Positions 1 to 9,423 of a stretch of 64,000 nucleotides of DNA are shown one piece after another (position 1 is the first letter of the stretch; each line of letters begins with the position of its first letter). The stretch is from positions 770,763 through 834,762 of the forward strand of contig OZ223280.1 in NCBI GenBank assembly GCA_965140615.1. Reading direction: 5' to 3'. Position numbers and translations under genes: made by a program. The notes beneath the pieces are model-generated. The model ran no database searches, was not told the origin of the DNA, and saw nothing but the letters and a program-made list of their open reading frames with translations. This DNA is from Candidatus Cloacimonadales bacterium. Lineage in GTDB: Bacteria; Cloacimonadota; Cloacimonadia; G963667145.

Positions 1-155
1 TTGGTTTGCAGATAGTCCAAAATCTCTCCGCCCGTGTTCAAAAAAAGCTCTAATCCTACCTTGAAAATCTCTATCTTGTTACAAAGTTTGTCGATGCACT
101 CTTTAGCTTGGCTCATATCTGGGAAATCCAAAGCTACGATAATTGGGTTTTTCAT
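1..155 (-). CDS. pyrF: Orotidine-5'-phosphate decarboxylase (5' part; runs off the window)
   Basis: Not in the ORF track. Manual translation from ATG at 155 gives MKNPIIVALDFPDMSQAKECIDKLCNKIEIFKVGLELF, with the IVALD and FKVG motifs. GGAG RBS upstream; follows pyrD. Confidence 0.9.
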   Translation of the reverse strand, partial: MKNPIIVALDFPDMSQAKECIDKLCNKIEIFKVGLELFLNTGGEILDYLQT

Positions 156-190
156 TTTATCTCCTACTTTTTATGTTGTTGGGCTGCGTC

Positions 191-1111
191 TCACGCTTGG
201 TGGCAAACGCCCACAATCTCTTGCAAGTTCTTTAAGCCCTCTTTTTCACAATACTCTTGCAAATCTTGTAAAATCTTGCCGACACAAAGTGGCTGACTAA
301 GGAGCATCGTCCCGATGGAGACGGCGTTTGCACCCACAGCCATATACTCTAGCACATCCCGAGCGTTTGCGATGCCTCCGACTCCGATGATGGGCAAATC
401 TGTTACTTGCCGAGCCTGATACACACATCTGAGCCCAACTGGCTTGATGGCTGGTCCTGAGAGTCCTCCGAAGGTATTACCCAAGATCGGCTTCATTTTG
501 CTGATGTCCACTGCCATACCAAGGAGTGTGTTTATCAAGGAGATGCCGTCTGCTCCGCCTTCGGCAGCCGCCAACACTATCGCCTTGATGTCTGTAACAT
601 TGGGCGAGAGCTTCACTATCACGGGCTTGCTCGTGGCTTGCTTTACAGCTTTAGTAATCTCGCGGACTGTCTCTGCTTGCGTGCCAAAACTCATTCCGCC
701 ACTTTTGACATTGGGACAAGAGAGGTTAAGCTCGTATGCGGCTATTTTCTGGTGCTTATCCAACTTTTTTGCCAAGAGGATGTACTCTTCGGGCGTGCTA
801 CCATTGATGTTGGTTATCACAGGGATAGAGATTTTGGCTTCTATCTCGGGTAAGCTCTCTTTGATAAACCTATCGTACCCCAAGTTCTCCAGCCCAACGC
901 TGTTGAGCATCCCACTGGCTGTCTCTACCACTCTTTGCCCATAGTTACCATCTCGTGGTTTTAGGGTAAGCCCCTTTAGGATGGTAGCACCTAGGATGTT
1001 AGGGTCGAAATATTCGAGGTAGCTCAGAGAGTTGCCAAAGCACCCAGAGGCAGAGAGTATCGGATTACCAAAACTTAGCTTCGGCAGAAACTGAAGCGAG
1101 AGCTTACTCAT
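191..1111 (-). CDS. pyrD: Dihydroorotate dehydrogenase B, catalytic subunit
   Basis: NPILSASG, MLNSVGLEN, ELNLSCPN, VKLSPN and GGLSGPAIKP motifs; start placed at MSKL (1111). Confidence 0.95.
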   Translation of the reverse strand: MSKLSLQFLPKLSFGNPILSASGCFGNSLSYLEYFDPNILGATILKGLTLKPRDGNYGQRVVETASGMLNSVGLENLGYDRFIKESLPEIEAKISIPVITNINGSTPEEYILLAKKLDKHQKIAAYELNLSCPNVKSGGMSFGTQAETVREITKAVKQATSKPVIVKLSPNVTDIKAIVLAAAEGGADGISLINTLLGMAVDISKMKPILGNTFGGLSGPAIKPVGLRCVYQARQVTDLPIIGVGGIANARDVLEYMAVGANAVSIGTMLLSQPLCVGKILQDLQEYCEKEGLKNLQEIVGVCHQA

Positions 1112-1850
1112 AAAAGACCTCCTCGTCCAAGAAGACTGGACCATCGTGGCAAACCTTCTTCATCCCGCTCTTGGTCTTGATAGAGCAACCCATGCAAGCT
1201 CCTGTGCCACAAGCCATATTCCTTTCCAACGAGACGAAATGGGTGATGCCAGCCAACTCTTTGGAAAGAGCACGGAGCATCTGCTCTGGTCCGCAAGAGA
1301 GCACGACATCGAACCTCTCTCTTTGCAAAAGCTCCTTCAAAGGATTCAAGACGCTTCCTTTTATGCCTAACGAGCCGTCGTCGGTCGTGGTGATAATCTT
1401 GAGGTTATAAGCAGAAAAAGAGCCAAGCACCTTTAAATCTTTGGCACTGCTAGCCCCTGCTATCATCGTTAAGTCGTTCTCTTGTCCGAGTTGCTGGACT
1501 ACATACAAAAACGGGGCTATCCCCATGCCACCTGCTACCAAGAGGATTTTTTTCTTGCTGAACTCTGGAAACCCATTGCCAAGCGGACCCTGCAGGCTGA
1601 TGGTGTCGCCACTTCTTAGCTTGGCGATTTTTTGCGTCCCTTCCCCTTTGACTGCGTAATAAAAATGGAGCGACTTCCCATCGCAAAGGTGAATGCTGAT
1701 AGGTCGCCGAAGCGTGTTGCCTTCCACCTTGAAGAGGTAAAACTGCCCGATTTTGGGTAAAGCCAGCGATCCTTTTGCTAGCTTCAAGCGGAAAAGATTT
1801 TCCGCAATCGCTTCGTTCTCTTGCACTGTTAGATCTTCTATTTTGACCAA
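1104..1850 (-). CDS. pyrK: Dihydroorotate dehydrogenase electron transfer subunit
   Basis: LRRPISI, GPLGNGF, AGGMGIAP, CGP and the MACGTGACMGC...C 2Fe-2S motif. Start probably TTG near 1850 after AAGGAG. Confidence 0.93.
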   Translation of the reverse strand: MVKIEDLTVQENEAIAENLFRLKLAKGSLALPKIGQFYLFKVEGNTLRRPISIHLCDGKSLHFYYAVKGEGTQKIAKLRSGDTISLQGPLGNGFPEFSKKKILLVAGGMGIAPFLYVVQQLGQENDLTMIAGASSAKDLKVLGSFSAYNLKIITTTDDGSLGIKGSVLNPLKELLQRERFDVVLSCGPEQMLRALSKELAGITHFVSLERNMACGTGACMGCSIKTKSGMKKVCHDGPVFLDEEVFYE

Positions 1851-1864
1851 GTTCAACTCCTTTT

Positions 1865-2326
1865 TTACTTTATCTTGATGTCCGCTATCTCCACTAACTT
1901 TTCGCAGTAGAAGCATCGATAATACTTTTTGCCTTCTTCTCCTGTTTCCAGCAGAAGCTTACTGCCCAAGCATTCGTCTTCCCTATTGGTGATGCACTTG
2001 GTGTTAGAGCAAACGGCTAAGTTGTTGAGAGAGCTAGGGATAGACAGATTAAACTTCTCTACCCTTTTGCTGTTTTTGATGATATTCACACTAGCCATAT
2101 GTGCCAAAAGGGAAATTTTATCCAACTCCTTTTTGCTCAAAAAAGTTCCCTCAATCTTTATCATCCCTTTCTTGCCCATCTTTTTGCTATCCAGATTACC
2201 CGCGATGATGATAACATGCTGACTCTTGGGAAGGTCAAGAATTTGAGCAATCTTGAAGATAAGATGACTAGGAAGATGATCAATTACAGTGCCATTTTGG
2301 ATAGGCTTAATTTTGATGTTAGTCAT
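1865..2326 (-). CDS. pyrI: Aspartate carbamoyltransferase regulatory chain
   Basis: IQNGTVIDH; Zn ligands CSNTKCIT and RCFYCE. Confidence 0.95.
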   Translation of the reverse strand: MTNIKIKPIQNGTVIDHLPSHLIFKIAQILDLPKSQHVIIIAGNLDSKKMGKKGMIKIEGTFLSKKELDKISLLAHMASVNIIKNSKRVEKFNLSIPSSLNNLAVCSNTKCITNREDECLGSKLLLETGEEGKKYYRCFYCEKLVEIADIKIK

Positions 2327-3242
2327 TAGCTCCCCCCTTTTTATTCAACAAAAGAGCCAAGAGAGCCTGCCGCACCGGCACGCCGTTTGCCGCTTGCTGA
2401 AAATACCTTGCGTAAGGGGTGTCGTCCAAGTCTTTGCTTATCTCCTTTACCCGTGGCAAGGGATGCATTATTATCATATCTGGTTTGCACCTTCCCTCTA
2501 CCTTTTCTTTGTTGATGATGTAGACATCTTTGATTTTGTTGTACTCTTCTATGTCTGGGAATCGCTCCCTTTGCACCCTTGTCATATACACGATGTCAAC
2601 CTTGGGCAAAACTTCGTCGAGGTCTTTTGTGATGTGATAGGCGATTTTCGCCTCGTCCAGCTCTCGTATGATGTACTCAGGCATTTTCAAACTTTCTGGC
2701 GAAACAAAGTACATCGTAGCGTTAAAGAACTTCATCGCTTGTGCCAAGGAGTGGATGGTGCGACCGTATTTGAGATCGCCCACAAAAGCTATCTTTAGAT
2801 CGTCCAGCTTCCCCTTCTCTTTTTGGATGGTGTACAAATCCAAAAGCGTCTGGGTCGGATGTTGATTAGCCCCATCGCCAGCGTTTATCACAGGCTTTTG
2901 GGAGACACTAGCTGCCAACCTGCCTGCTCCCTCGTAAAAGTGCCGGATGACTATCAAGTCGGAGTACGCCTCTGCCATTTTTACAGTGTCTGCCAAAGTT
3001 TCCCCCTTTTTGGCAGAAGTGCCCTCTTTGGAATCGAAACCGTGCACCCTCGCCCCCAGCTTTTGAGCTGCGGAGATGAAAGAAAGTCGCGTGCGAGTGG
3101 AAGGCTCAAAAAAGAGAGTAGAGACGATTTTGCCTTCCAGCAGATTTGGCTGTGGATTTTCTTCCAACTCTCTGGCAAGGGTCAAAATTTGAAAGATATC
3201 CTCTTTCTTAAGATTTCTTATCGTTATAATATCTTTTTTCAT
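2319..3242 (-). CDS. pyrB: Aspartate carbamoyltransferase catalytic chain
   Basis: FFEPSTRTR, NAGDG..HPTQ, RVQRER and MHPLP motifs. Confidence 0.97.
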   Translation of the reverse strand: MKKDIITIRNLKKEDIFQILTLARELEENPQPNLLEGKIVSTLFFEPSTRTRLSFISAAQKLGARVHGFDSKEGTSAKKGETLADTVKMAEAYSDLIVIRHFYEGAGRLAASVSQKPVINAGDGANQHPTQTLLDLYTIQKEKGKLDDLKIAFVGDLKYGRTIHSLAQAMKFFNATMYFVSPESLKMPEYIIRELDEAKIAYHITKDLDEVLPKVDIVYMTRVQRERFPDIEEYNKIKDVYIINKEKVEGRCKPDMIIMHPLPRVKEISKDLDDTPYARYFQQAANGVPVRQALLALLLNKKGGAND

Positions 3243-3260
3243 AATTCTCCTTTTTTTTGC

Positions 3261-3335
3261 AAAAAAAAGGACAATAGCTATAACTACTGCCCTTTTTTAA
3301 AATGGTCGCCTTTTTTTTCTCAAAAGTGTCTCCTA
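3261..3335 (-). promoter_or_regulatory. Putative pyr attenuator: 8-codon leader ORF (3297-3323) plus intrinsic terminator (3261-3292)
   Basis: AGGAG-N6-TTG AGA AAA AAA AGG CGA CCA TTT TAA, then stem GGGCAGTAG/CTATTGTCC + T8, just upstream of the pyrB RBS. TTGACA lies near 3370-3375. Confidence 0.6.
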
Positions 3336-3389
3336 CTTTTTCTTGATATAAAAAATCAGATGTGATTTTTGTCAAGGATTTTGAGTTTC

Positions 3390-4485
3390 TTAAGAGTTAC
3401 TAAGTCGCAAGTACGCTTGGATGAAGCCGTCTAGCTCGCCGTTCATCACCTTGTCCGTGTTTTTTACCTCGTGCTTGGTGCGATGGTCTTTTACCATCTG
3501 GTACGGATGGAACACATAAGAGCGAATTTGATTGCCCCAGCCAATGTCTGTCTTGCTCTCTTCCAGCTCTTTGCTCTCCTTCTTTTGCTCTTGCAGGTAA
3601 TGCTGGTAAAGTCTGGACTTGAGTATCTTCATCGCGTGGTCTTTGTTCTTTAGCTGGCTTCGCTCGTTCTGACACTGCACCACTATGCCTGTGGGCGTGT
3701 GAGTAATCCGCACGGCAGAGTCGGTGGTGTTCACGCACTGTCCACCTTTGCCAGAGGCTCTGTAGGTGTCTATACGAAGGTCGGCTGGGTCGATGTCCAC
3801 CTCTATCTGGTCGTCTACTAGTGGATACGCAAAGACAGAGGCGAACGAGGTTTGTCGCTTGCCTTGTGCATTGAAGGGCGATATCCGCACTAAGCGGTGG
3901 ATGCCTGCCTCGCAAGCCAGATAACCGTATGCAAACAGCCCTTTAACCTCCAGTGTTACGCTCTTTATGCCGGCCTCTTCTCCCGGTTGCATTTCTACTA
4001 TCTCCGCCTTGAAGCCTCGCTGTTCTGTCCAACGCAGGTACATCCGCAGGAGCATCTCTGCCCAGTCTTGGCTCTCTGTGCCTCCTGCACCGGGATTGAT
4101 GGTCAAGATGGCGTCGCCTGCATCTAACTCGCCAGAGAGCAGTGTCTTTACTTCTAGCTCTTGCAAGAAGTTATCCCACTGGGTTAGCTCGCTGGAGGCT
4201 TCCTCTAGCACGCTTGGGTCTTCTTGGAGCATCTGCAAGTACACCCCCAAATCTTCGACAATTGTGGAAAGGTTCTCGAACTCTTCCTCTTTTGTTTTCA
4301 AGAGGTTAAGCTCTTTTATTGTCTTTTGAGCTTTGCCCGTGTTGTTCCAAAAGTCCGTCTGCATGGTCTTAGCTTCTAACAGGGCTTTCTCATTTTTTAG
4401 TTTGCCAAGGTCAAACCAACCTCCCAAGCTGTTTGGCTTTGAGGATTAGTTGGCTGGCGGTGTCTTTGAACTGTTGCATCTCCAT
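3390..4485 (-). CDS. prfB: Peptide chain release factor 2, +1 programmed frameshift at about 4411-4416
   Basis: SPF and GGQ motifs in the main frame. Upstream 24-codon ORF from ATG 4485 (AAGGAG RBS) ends GGGAGG TTG GTT TGA C. Confidence 0.95.
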
Positions 4486-4487
4486 TG

Positions 4488-6272
4488 TTACTCCTTATTG
4501 TTAGCTGCTGTTCTTGCTATGCCCGAGGCTATCGCCCTTATGGCTTGCAAGTGTTGTTTAGGCTCTCTTGCCCCTGTTAGTAATAAAAAAACTTGCTCGA
4601 CCAAGTTTTGCTTCTTATCCCAAATAACTGCCTCCTCCAGTTCAATCTTGACCAGATAAGACTGGTCAAGCTCCTCTAGTCTGCAGTGCGGGATTGCCAC
4701 TCGTTTGCCCATATAGGTCGATGAAAGTTTCTCTCGTGCCAGAAGAGAGCTTAGTATCTCTTGGCAATTGTCGTCTCGGACTATCTTCTGTCTTCGTAAG
4801 GAGTCCAGACCACGAGTAAGCACCTCTGACTGGGTGTCTGCCTTTAAACACAGATGTGTTACCGTCATCAGCTGACTCAGGCTCTTTGGGGGGTTGTCGG
4901 TTGTCTGACAAACAGCGTCCCTTTCACCAATCGTCCAGTTCTTCCACTTGATGAGTGTCCTCTCGGAGAGCAGAGCACCGCCCACCTCGAAGAACACTAA
5001 AGCTGGGATGATGATGTTGAATATTGCCTGTCCTCCACTGCCAGCTAGCACTGTGGCGACCAAGATGGTCTCCACTGCTGCCATCCCAGCTTGAGGGAGC
5101 ATCAATTTGGGGAAAAAGGCTACTATCATAGGGTCTTGCCGTGTGTACTTCGCACCTAGGTGATTGCCCAGCAACTTACCCACACTGCGTAGCATTACAT
5201 AAGAAAGCGACAAGCCGATGGTCGCCCACGAGAACGCTTCCAGCTGGATGGATGCACCGATGATAGCAAAGAACAGCAGATTGAAGATGGGCATCACATT
5301 GTCTATCTTCAGAGAGTCGAATATTGCGTGGTAATGGAGGTTAGCCACCAAGAACCCTGCAAAGATGGCGGTAATTAGAAAGGGCAAGTTGAGGTGGATG
5401 CTGAAAGCTATCCCCACAGAGACGACGCCGATGATGAACAAAAGAACTTCCACAGAAGGCGTAGGGTGATCGGAGAGAAAGGTAGACAAAAACCTCTCCT
5501 CTTTGCTGTCTTTCGCCTCGTCTTGGGCATCTTTACCCCTAAGGAAGAAAAAAATCAGCACGAAGATAATCAGCCCCAACAGCAGTGCCAAACCTAGCTC
5601 CAGCAAAAGATGCTTGCCCAGAGCTAAAAAGCTGACCTCTTTGCCCAGCTGGATGTAAACGGCGACCCCGAGGAACACGGAGAAAAAGACGACTTCCATT
5701 AAGTCGTCTAGCACCACAACATTGGCTAGCAGGTTTTTCAATCTGCCTTCTATTCTCAATTTCCGCATTAGAATAAAAGTGAGTGCTGGTGCTGTGGCGA
5801 TGCCTATAGAGCCTATGATGAGCGAGTTAATCAGAGAAAACCCGAAGAAGAAATAAAAGGGGACACTAAGTGCTACAAAGGTGAAAACCCCTTGCACCAA
5901 GCAGATGGTTACTGCCGAGAAGCCGACCTCTTTTAGCCTGTCCAGATGTAGCTCCTCGCCCAGAGAAAAGGCGATAAGTCCCAAAAATAGGAAGACAAAA
6001 AAATGAAAGCTCTCGATAACAGATTCGTAAGAGTGAAATCCATCGGTATGGATGAAATTGTACAAACCCAACAAAATCGAAGGCAGCTCCTGAGGGGTTG
6101 CCCAGCAGCCTAGCAGAGCTTTGAGTAAGTGTGGACCTACGACCACGCCACCTAGCATCTGCCCGATTACCTCGCCGACTTTGAGCTTTTTGGCAAGCAC
6201 TCCACCTAGATAGCCAGCCAGCACGATCAAGCCGATTGCCAAAATTTGCAACTTCATATACTGTAAGTTCAT
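4488..6272 (-). CDS. Cation:proton antiporter (CPA2/KefB-like) fused to a C-terminal PTS EIIA domain
   Basis: About 12 TM segments with ATAPA and VVLDD motifs; C-terminal REKLSSTYMGKRVAIPH EIIA motif. Start uncertain (6272 or 6257). Confidence 0.85.
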   Translation of the reverse strand: MNLQYMKLQILAIGLIVLAGYLGGVLAKKLKVGEVIGQMLGGVVVGPHLLKALLGCWATPQELPSILLGLYNFIHTDGFHSYESVIESFHFFVFLFLGLIAFSLGEELHLDRLKEVGFSAVTICLVQGVFTFVALSVPFYFFFGFSLINSLIIGSIGIATAPALTFILMRKLRIEGRLKNLLANVVVLDDLMEVVFFSVFLGVAVYIQLGKEVSFLALGKHLLLELGLALLLGLIIFVLIFFFLRGKDAQDEAKDSKEERFLSTFLSDHPTPSVEVLLFIIGVVSVGIAFSIHLNLPFLITAIFAGFLVANLHYHAIFDSLKIDNVMPIFNLLFFAIIGASIQLEAFSWATIGLSLSYVMLRSVGKLLGNHLGAKYTRQDPMIVAFFPKLMLPQAGMAAVETILVATVLAGSGGQAIFNIIIPALVFFEVGGALLSERTLIKWKNWTIGERDAVCQTTDNPPKSLSQLMTVTHLCLKADTQSEVLTRGLDSLRRQKIVRDDNCQEILSSLLAREKLSSTYMGKRVAIPHCRLEELDQSYLVKIELEEAVIWDKKQNLVEQVFLLLTGAREPKQHLQAIRAIASGIARTAANNKE

Positions 6273-6322
6273 ACTAAACCTTTTTAAATTTATAACTAGA
6301 GAATGAGTTTTCACCCATTCTT

Positions 6323-7006
6323 TTATTTCTCACCCAGCGGGAACTTCTCAGAAATTTCCTTTTGGAGCTTTGCAAAAAACCGATATAATCCCTCTTTTGC
6401 CTTTGTCTCATAATACGCTATCATCAGCTCGTCGTACTCTTGCTTTTGTTCGAGAGAGATATTTACAGGCAAATATCCGTTACTAATAAGGTAACCATTC
6501 ATCATACAAAAAGCGGTTCGCTTGTTGCCATCAAAAAAATATTGCGTATCACACAGAGCTAAATAGTAATCTACAGCAGCTATAAACTTGTCGGAGTTCT
6601 CTTGTGTAGATTTTAGCAACTTTTGATAAGCACCTTCCAACTCTGTAACAGGAATTGGTTTCCAAATTTTTGTTCCTCTGATAGAAACAGCACTTGTCCG
6701 AAAGCTTCCCCACAACAACGCTTCGTTCTCTGCGATTATGCCCTGATATTTCCGCAATCTTTGCTCGGACAAGTCGAACTCTTCGCTTTTCACCTCATTT
6801 AACATGGTTTGCCAACAATTGACCATCCTCTTCGCTTGAAAAATCTCTTCTAAGCGACCGCTTATCGGGCTATTGCGACAATAACGAATATCTTCTATCT
6901 GGGCTATAGTCGTGTTGTTACCCTCGTGGACTGCTAAGCTGTCGTGCACAAATTGTGCAAAATATTTGTCCGCTACAAAGACAGCCCAATCTCTCCTGCT
7001 TATCAT
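6323..7006 (-). CDS. Fic/Doc family protein
   Basis: QYFFDGNKRTA variant of HPFxDGNGR; GGAGG RBS before ATG 7006. Confidence 0.85.
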   Translation of the reverse strand: MISRRDWAVFVADKYFAQFVHDSLAVHEGNNTTIAQIEDIRYCRNSPISGRLEEIFQAKRMVNCWQTMLNEVKSEEFDLSEQRLRKYQGIIAENEALLWGSFRTSAVSIRGTKIWKPIPVTELEGAYQKLLKSTQENSDKFIAAVDYYLALCDTQYFFDGNKRTAFCMMNGYLISNGYLPVNISLEQKQEYDELMIAYYETKAKEGLYRFFAKLQKEISEKFPLGEK

Positions 7007-7030
7007 CTTTCCTCCACGATAAATAGAGCA

Positions 7031-7060
7031 AAACGAAGGCAAAAGATTTTACCTTCGTTT
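7031..7060 (-). terminator. Intrinsic terminator-like hairpin after fba
   Basis: AAACGAAGG-N12-CCTTCGTTT inverted repeat. Confidence 0.55.
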
Positions 7061-7076
7061 CGTACTTTTTACTTTT

Positions 7077-8051
7077 TTACAACAAGATTGAGGTGTTTTT
7101 GGCTCCTGCTATCTCCACCAAACTTTTCACAGCCGACTGCATAGCATTTTCGCCTTTCACCAACCACTTACGGGGGTCAAACCTGCCTTTATCTGGGGAG
7201 TAGCTTTTCTCATCTAGATCTGAGGGACAAACTATCGCATCTTTCTCTACTTCCCAGTATGCCTGCACAGCCGCAGCTATCTCCATCTGGTAGCGGGTAT
7301 CTTTGTTAATTTTGATCACACCGTTAGCCACAGCGTCTTGTTGCTGTTTAACTGTTAAACCTGAAGCACCGTGGAGTACCAAGCCCGCATCGAGGTCAGC
7401 GGCAGCCAATAGCTGGTCTATCTGCTTGATAAGCTCTAGCCTAAGCACAACATCCGAACCCTTGGTAACACCGTGGTTTGTGCCTACAGACGCCGCAAAT
7501 AAATCTACGCCCGTCTTTTGTACGAACTCAAGAGCCTCTTGAGGATTGGTGTAAAGCTCATCTTCGCTCACCAGCTCGTCCTCGTTACCCTTGATATAAC
7601 CGATCTCGCCTTCTACCAGCACATTGTGCTTGTGAGCCACTTTCACCACCTCTTTAGTAATCCGCACATTCTCTGCAAAATCTTCGTGCGAGGCGTCTAT
7701 CATCACTGTGGAAACCAGCCCATTTTCTATACAATAAACGATGAAATCAAAATCTTTGGGAGCTCCGTGGTCGATATTCAATCCCACTCCACTTTTGCTA
7801 TATTGACCGGCGACATTCTTGACCATATCGGAAATAAACTTCGCACCCACATTCAAATCTTTAGTCTCACCAGCCGCATATTTACAAGCACCAGAAGATA
7901 TTTGCAACAATCCATCTGCACCCATCGCATTATATCCTTGGATCATAGCCCTTACTGATGTGTCAAACACCACATTAGAGGCAATAATGCCGAATTTTTC
8001 TTTTTTTGCTTTCAATATGACCTTCTTCATCTGATCACCACTTAAAAACAT
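7077..8051 (-). CDS. fba: Class II fructose-bisphosphate aldolase family protein
   Basis: DHG, DASH, VEGEIG, GTNHG, VLHGASG and DPRK motifs. Confidence 0.88.
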   Translation of the reverse strand: MFLSGDQMKKVILKAKKEKFGIIASNVVFDTSVRAMIQGYNAMGADGLLQISSGACKYAAGETKDLNVGAKFISDMVKNVAGQYSKSGVGLNIDHGAPKDFDFIVYCIENGLVSTVMIDASHEDFAENVRITKEVVKVAHKHNVLVEGEIGYIKGNEDELVSEDELYTNPQEALEFVQKTGVDLFAASVGTNHGVTKGSDVVLRLELIKQIDQLLAAADLDAGLVLHGASGLTVKQQQDAVANGVIKINKDTRYQMEIAAAVQAYWEVEKDAIVCPSDLDEKSYSPDKGRFDPRKWLVKGENAMQSAVKSLVEIAGAKNTSILL

Positions 8052-8069
8052 CTGTCCTCCATTCTTGTA

Positions 8070-9389
8070 TTAATTGTATTCTTCATCTATTTCTATCCGC
8101 TCACCCATAATGTAAGTTGCCAAAATGTTTCTGTCATCTCCCATCATCTGCAATCCAAAAAGCATCTTCTCCACATCCCACTTACCCTCTCTTTGCAAAT
8201 AATCTGTGCGAAGCTTTTGCAAATTAGGTTTTTTGTAACTCAACACTATAAAATCTGCCTCTTTGCCTTTCTCCAATGACCCTAGCTTGTCGCCCAATTG
8301 CAAGGCTTTAGCAGCACCAAGTGTCGCTTTATAATAACTTTCATAAGCGTTCATCGGGTAACCATTGAGTTGCTGTATCTTGTACGCTTCGTTCATCGTT
8401 CGCAAAAGCGAAAAGCTAGTACCTGCACCCACATCTGTAGCAATAGTCGTCTGTACGCCCATTTTATTGGCTCTGCCCATCTCAAACAGTCCACTGCCCA
8501 AATAGACATTAGAAGTCGGCGAGTGAGCTATCGACGCTCTAGCGTCAGCAATTCTGTGCAATTCATCATCACTCAGGTGGATGCCGTGAGCAAACACCGT
8601 CTTATCAGTAAGTAAACCAAATTTTTCATAAATCCCCAAGTAATCTTTGCTTTCTGGGAACATCTCCAGTGCCGTCTTTATCTCCAACTTATTTTCCGAA
8701 AGGTGAGTTTGCAAATACACACCCGGGTTTTCTCGCAAAAGTTCACCCGAAACTTTTAACTGCTCTGCAGAACAAGACAAAGCAAATCGAGGGGTTACCG
8801 CATATAAAGCTCTACCCTTATTGTGCCATTTATCTATCAATTTTTGCGTTTGCTCTTTATAGCTTTTGTCGTCCACCAAACACTCAGGACAGTTGCAATC
8901 CATCAGCACCTTGCCAGCGATAATCCGCATATTGAACTGTGAGGCGACCTGAAATATAGCATCCGCAGATTGAGGATGGACGGAAGCATAGCACATACAA
9001 GTCGTCGTCCCATAGCGAAAAAGCTCCTTAACAAAAATTTTAGCTATCTTTGTTGCGTACTCTGCATCGGCAAATTGACTCTCTACAGGGAATGTGTAGT
9101 TTTGCAGCCAATCGATCAATTGCTTCCCGTACGAGCCAATCATCTCTGTTTGTGGATAATGAATGTGTGTGTCGATAAAGCCCGGCATTATCAGGTTCTG
9201 ACCATAATCTATAACCCTTGTATCAGGGTATCTTTTTTCAATCTCTTCGCTTTGCCCTACTTCCAATATATAACCATCTTCGATGCAAACAGCCCCTTTC
9301 GGCAAATACACACTAAATTCTTGGGGATTTTTTTCCAAGGAAGGAGCATCTGTAAAATAAAAAACCTCGCCTTTCACTATTTTTTTCAT
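8070..9389 (-). CDS. guaD: Guanine deaminase
   Basis: PGFIDTHIHYPQ, TPRFA, QTHLSEN and TDVGAG motifs. Confidence 0.95.
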   Translation of the reverse strand: MKKIVKGEVFYFTDAPSLEKNPQEFSVYLPKGAVCIEDGYILEVGQSEEIEKRYPDTRVIDYGQNLIMPGFIDTHIHYPQTEMIGSYGKQLIDWLQNYTFPVESQFADAEYATKIAKIFVKELFRYGTTTCMCYASVHPQSADAIFQVASQFNMRIIAGKVLMDCNCPECLVDDKSYKEQTQKLIDKWHNKGRALYAVTPRFALSCSAEQLKVSGELLRENPGVYLQTHLSENKLEIKTALEMFPESKDYLGIYEKFGLLTDKTVFAHGIHLSDDELHRIADARASIAHSPTSNVYLGSGLFEMGRANKMGVQTTIATDVGAGTSFSLLRTMNEAYKIQQLNGYPMNAYESYYKATLGAAKALQLGDKLGSLEKGKEADFIVLSYKKPNLQKLRTDYLQREGKWDVEKMLFGLQMMGDDRNILATYIMGERIEIDEEYN

Positions 9390-9423
9390 TTTCCGCCTCC
9401 TTTTTAATTTCTATACAATCTTC

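Noticed and set aside
3243..3380. PyrR-binding attenuator
   Set aside because: No ARUCCnGnGAGGYU consensus found; the leader-peptide model is reported instead.
3390..4485. prfB as a frameshifted pseudogene
   Set aside because: The position, internal SD and TGA-C context match programmed RF2 frameshifting.
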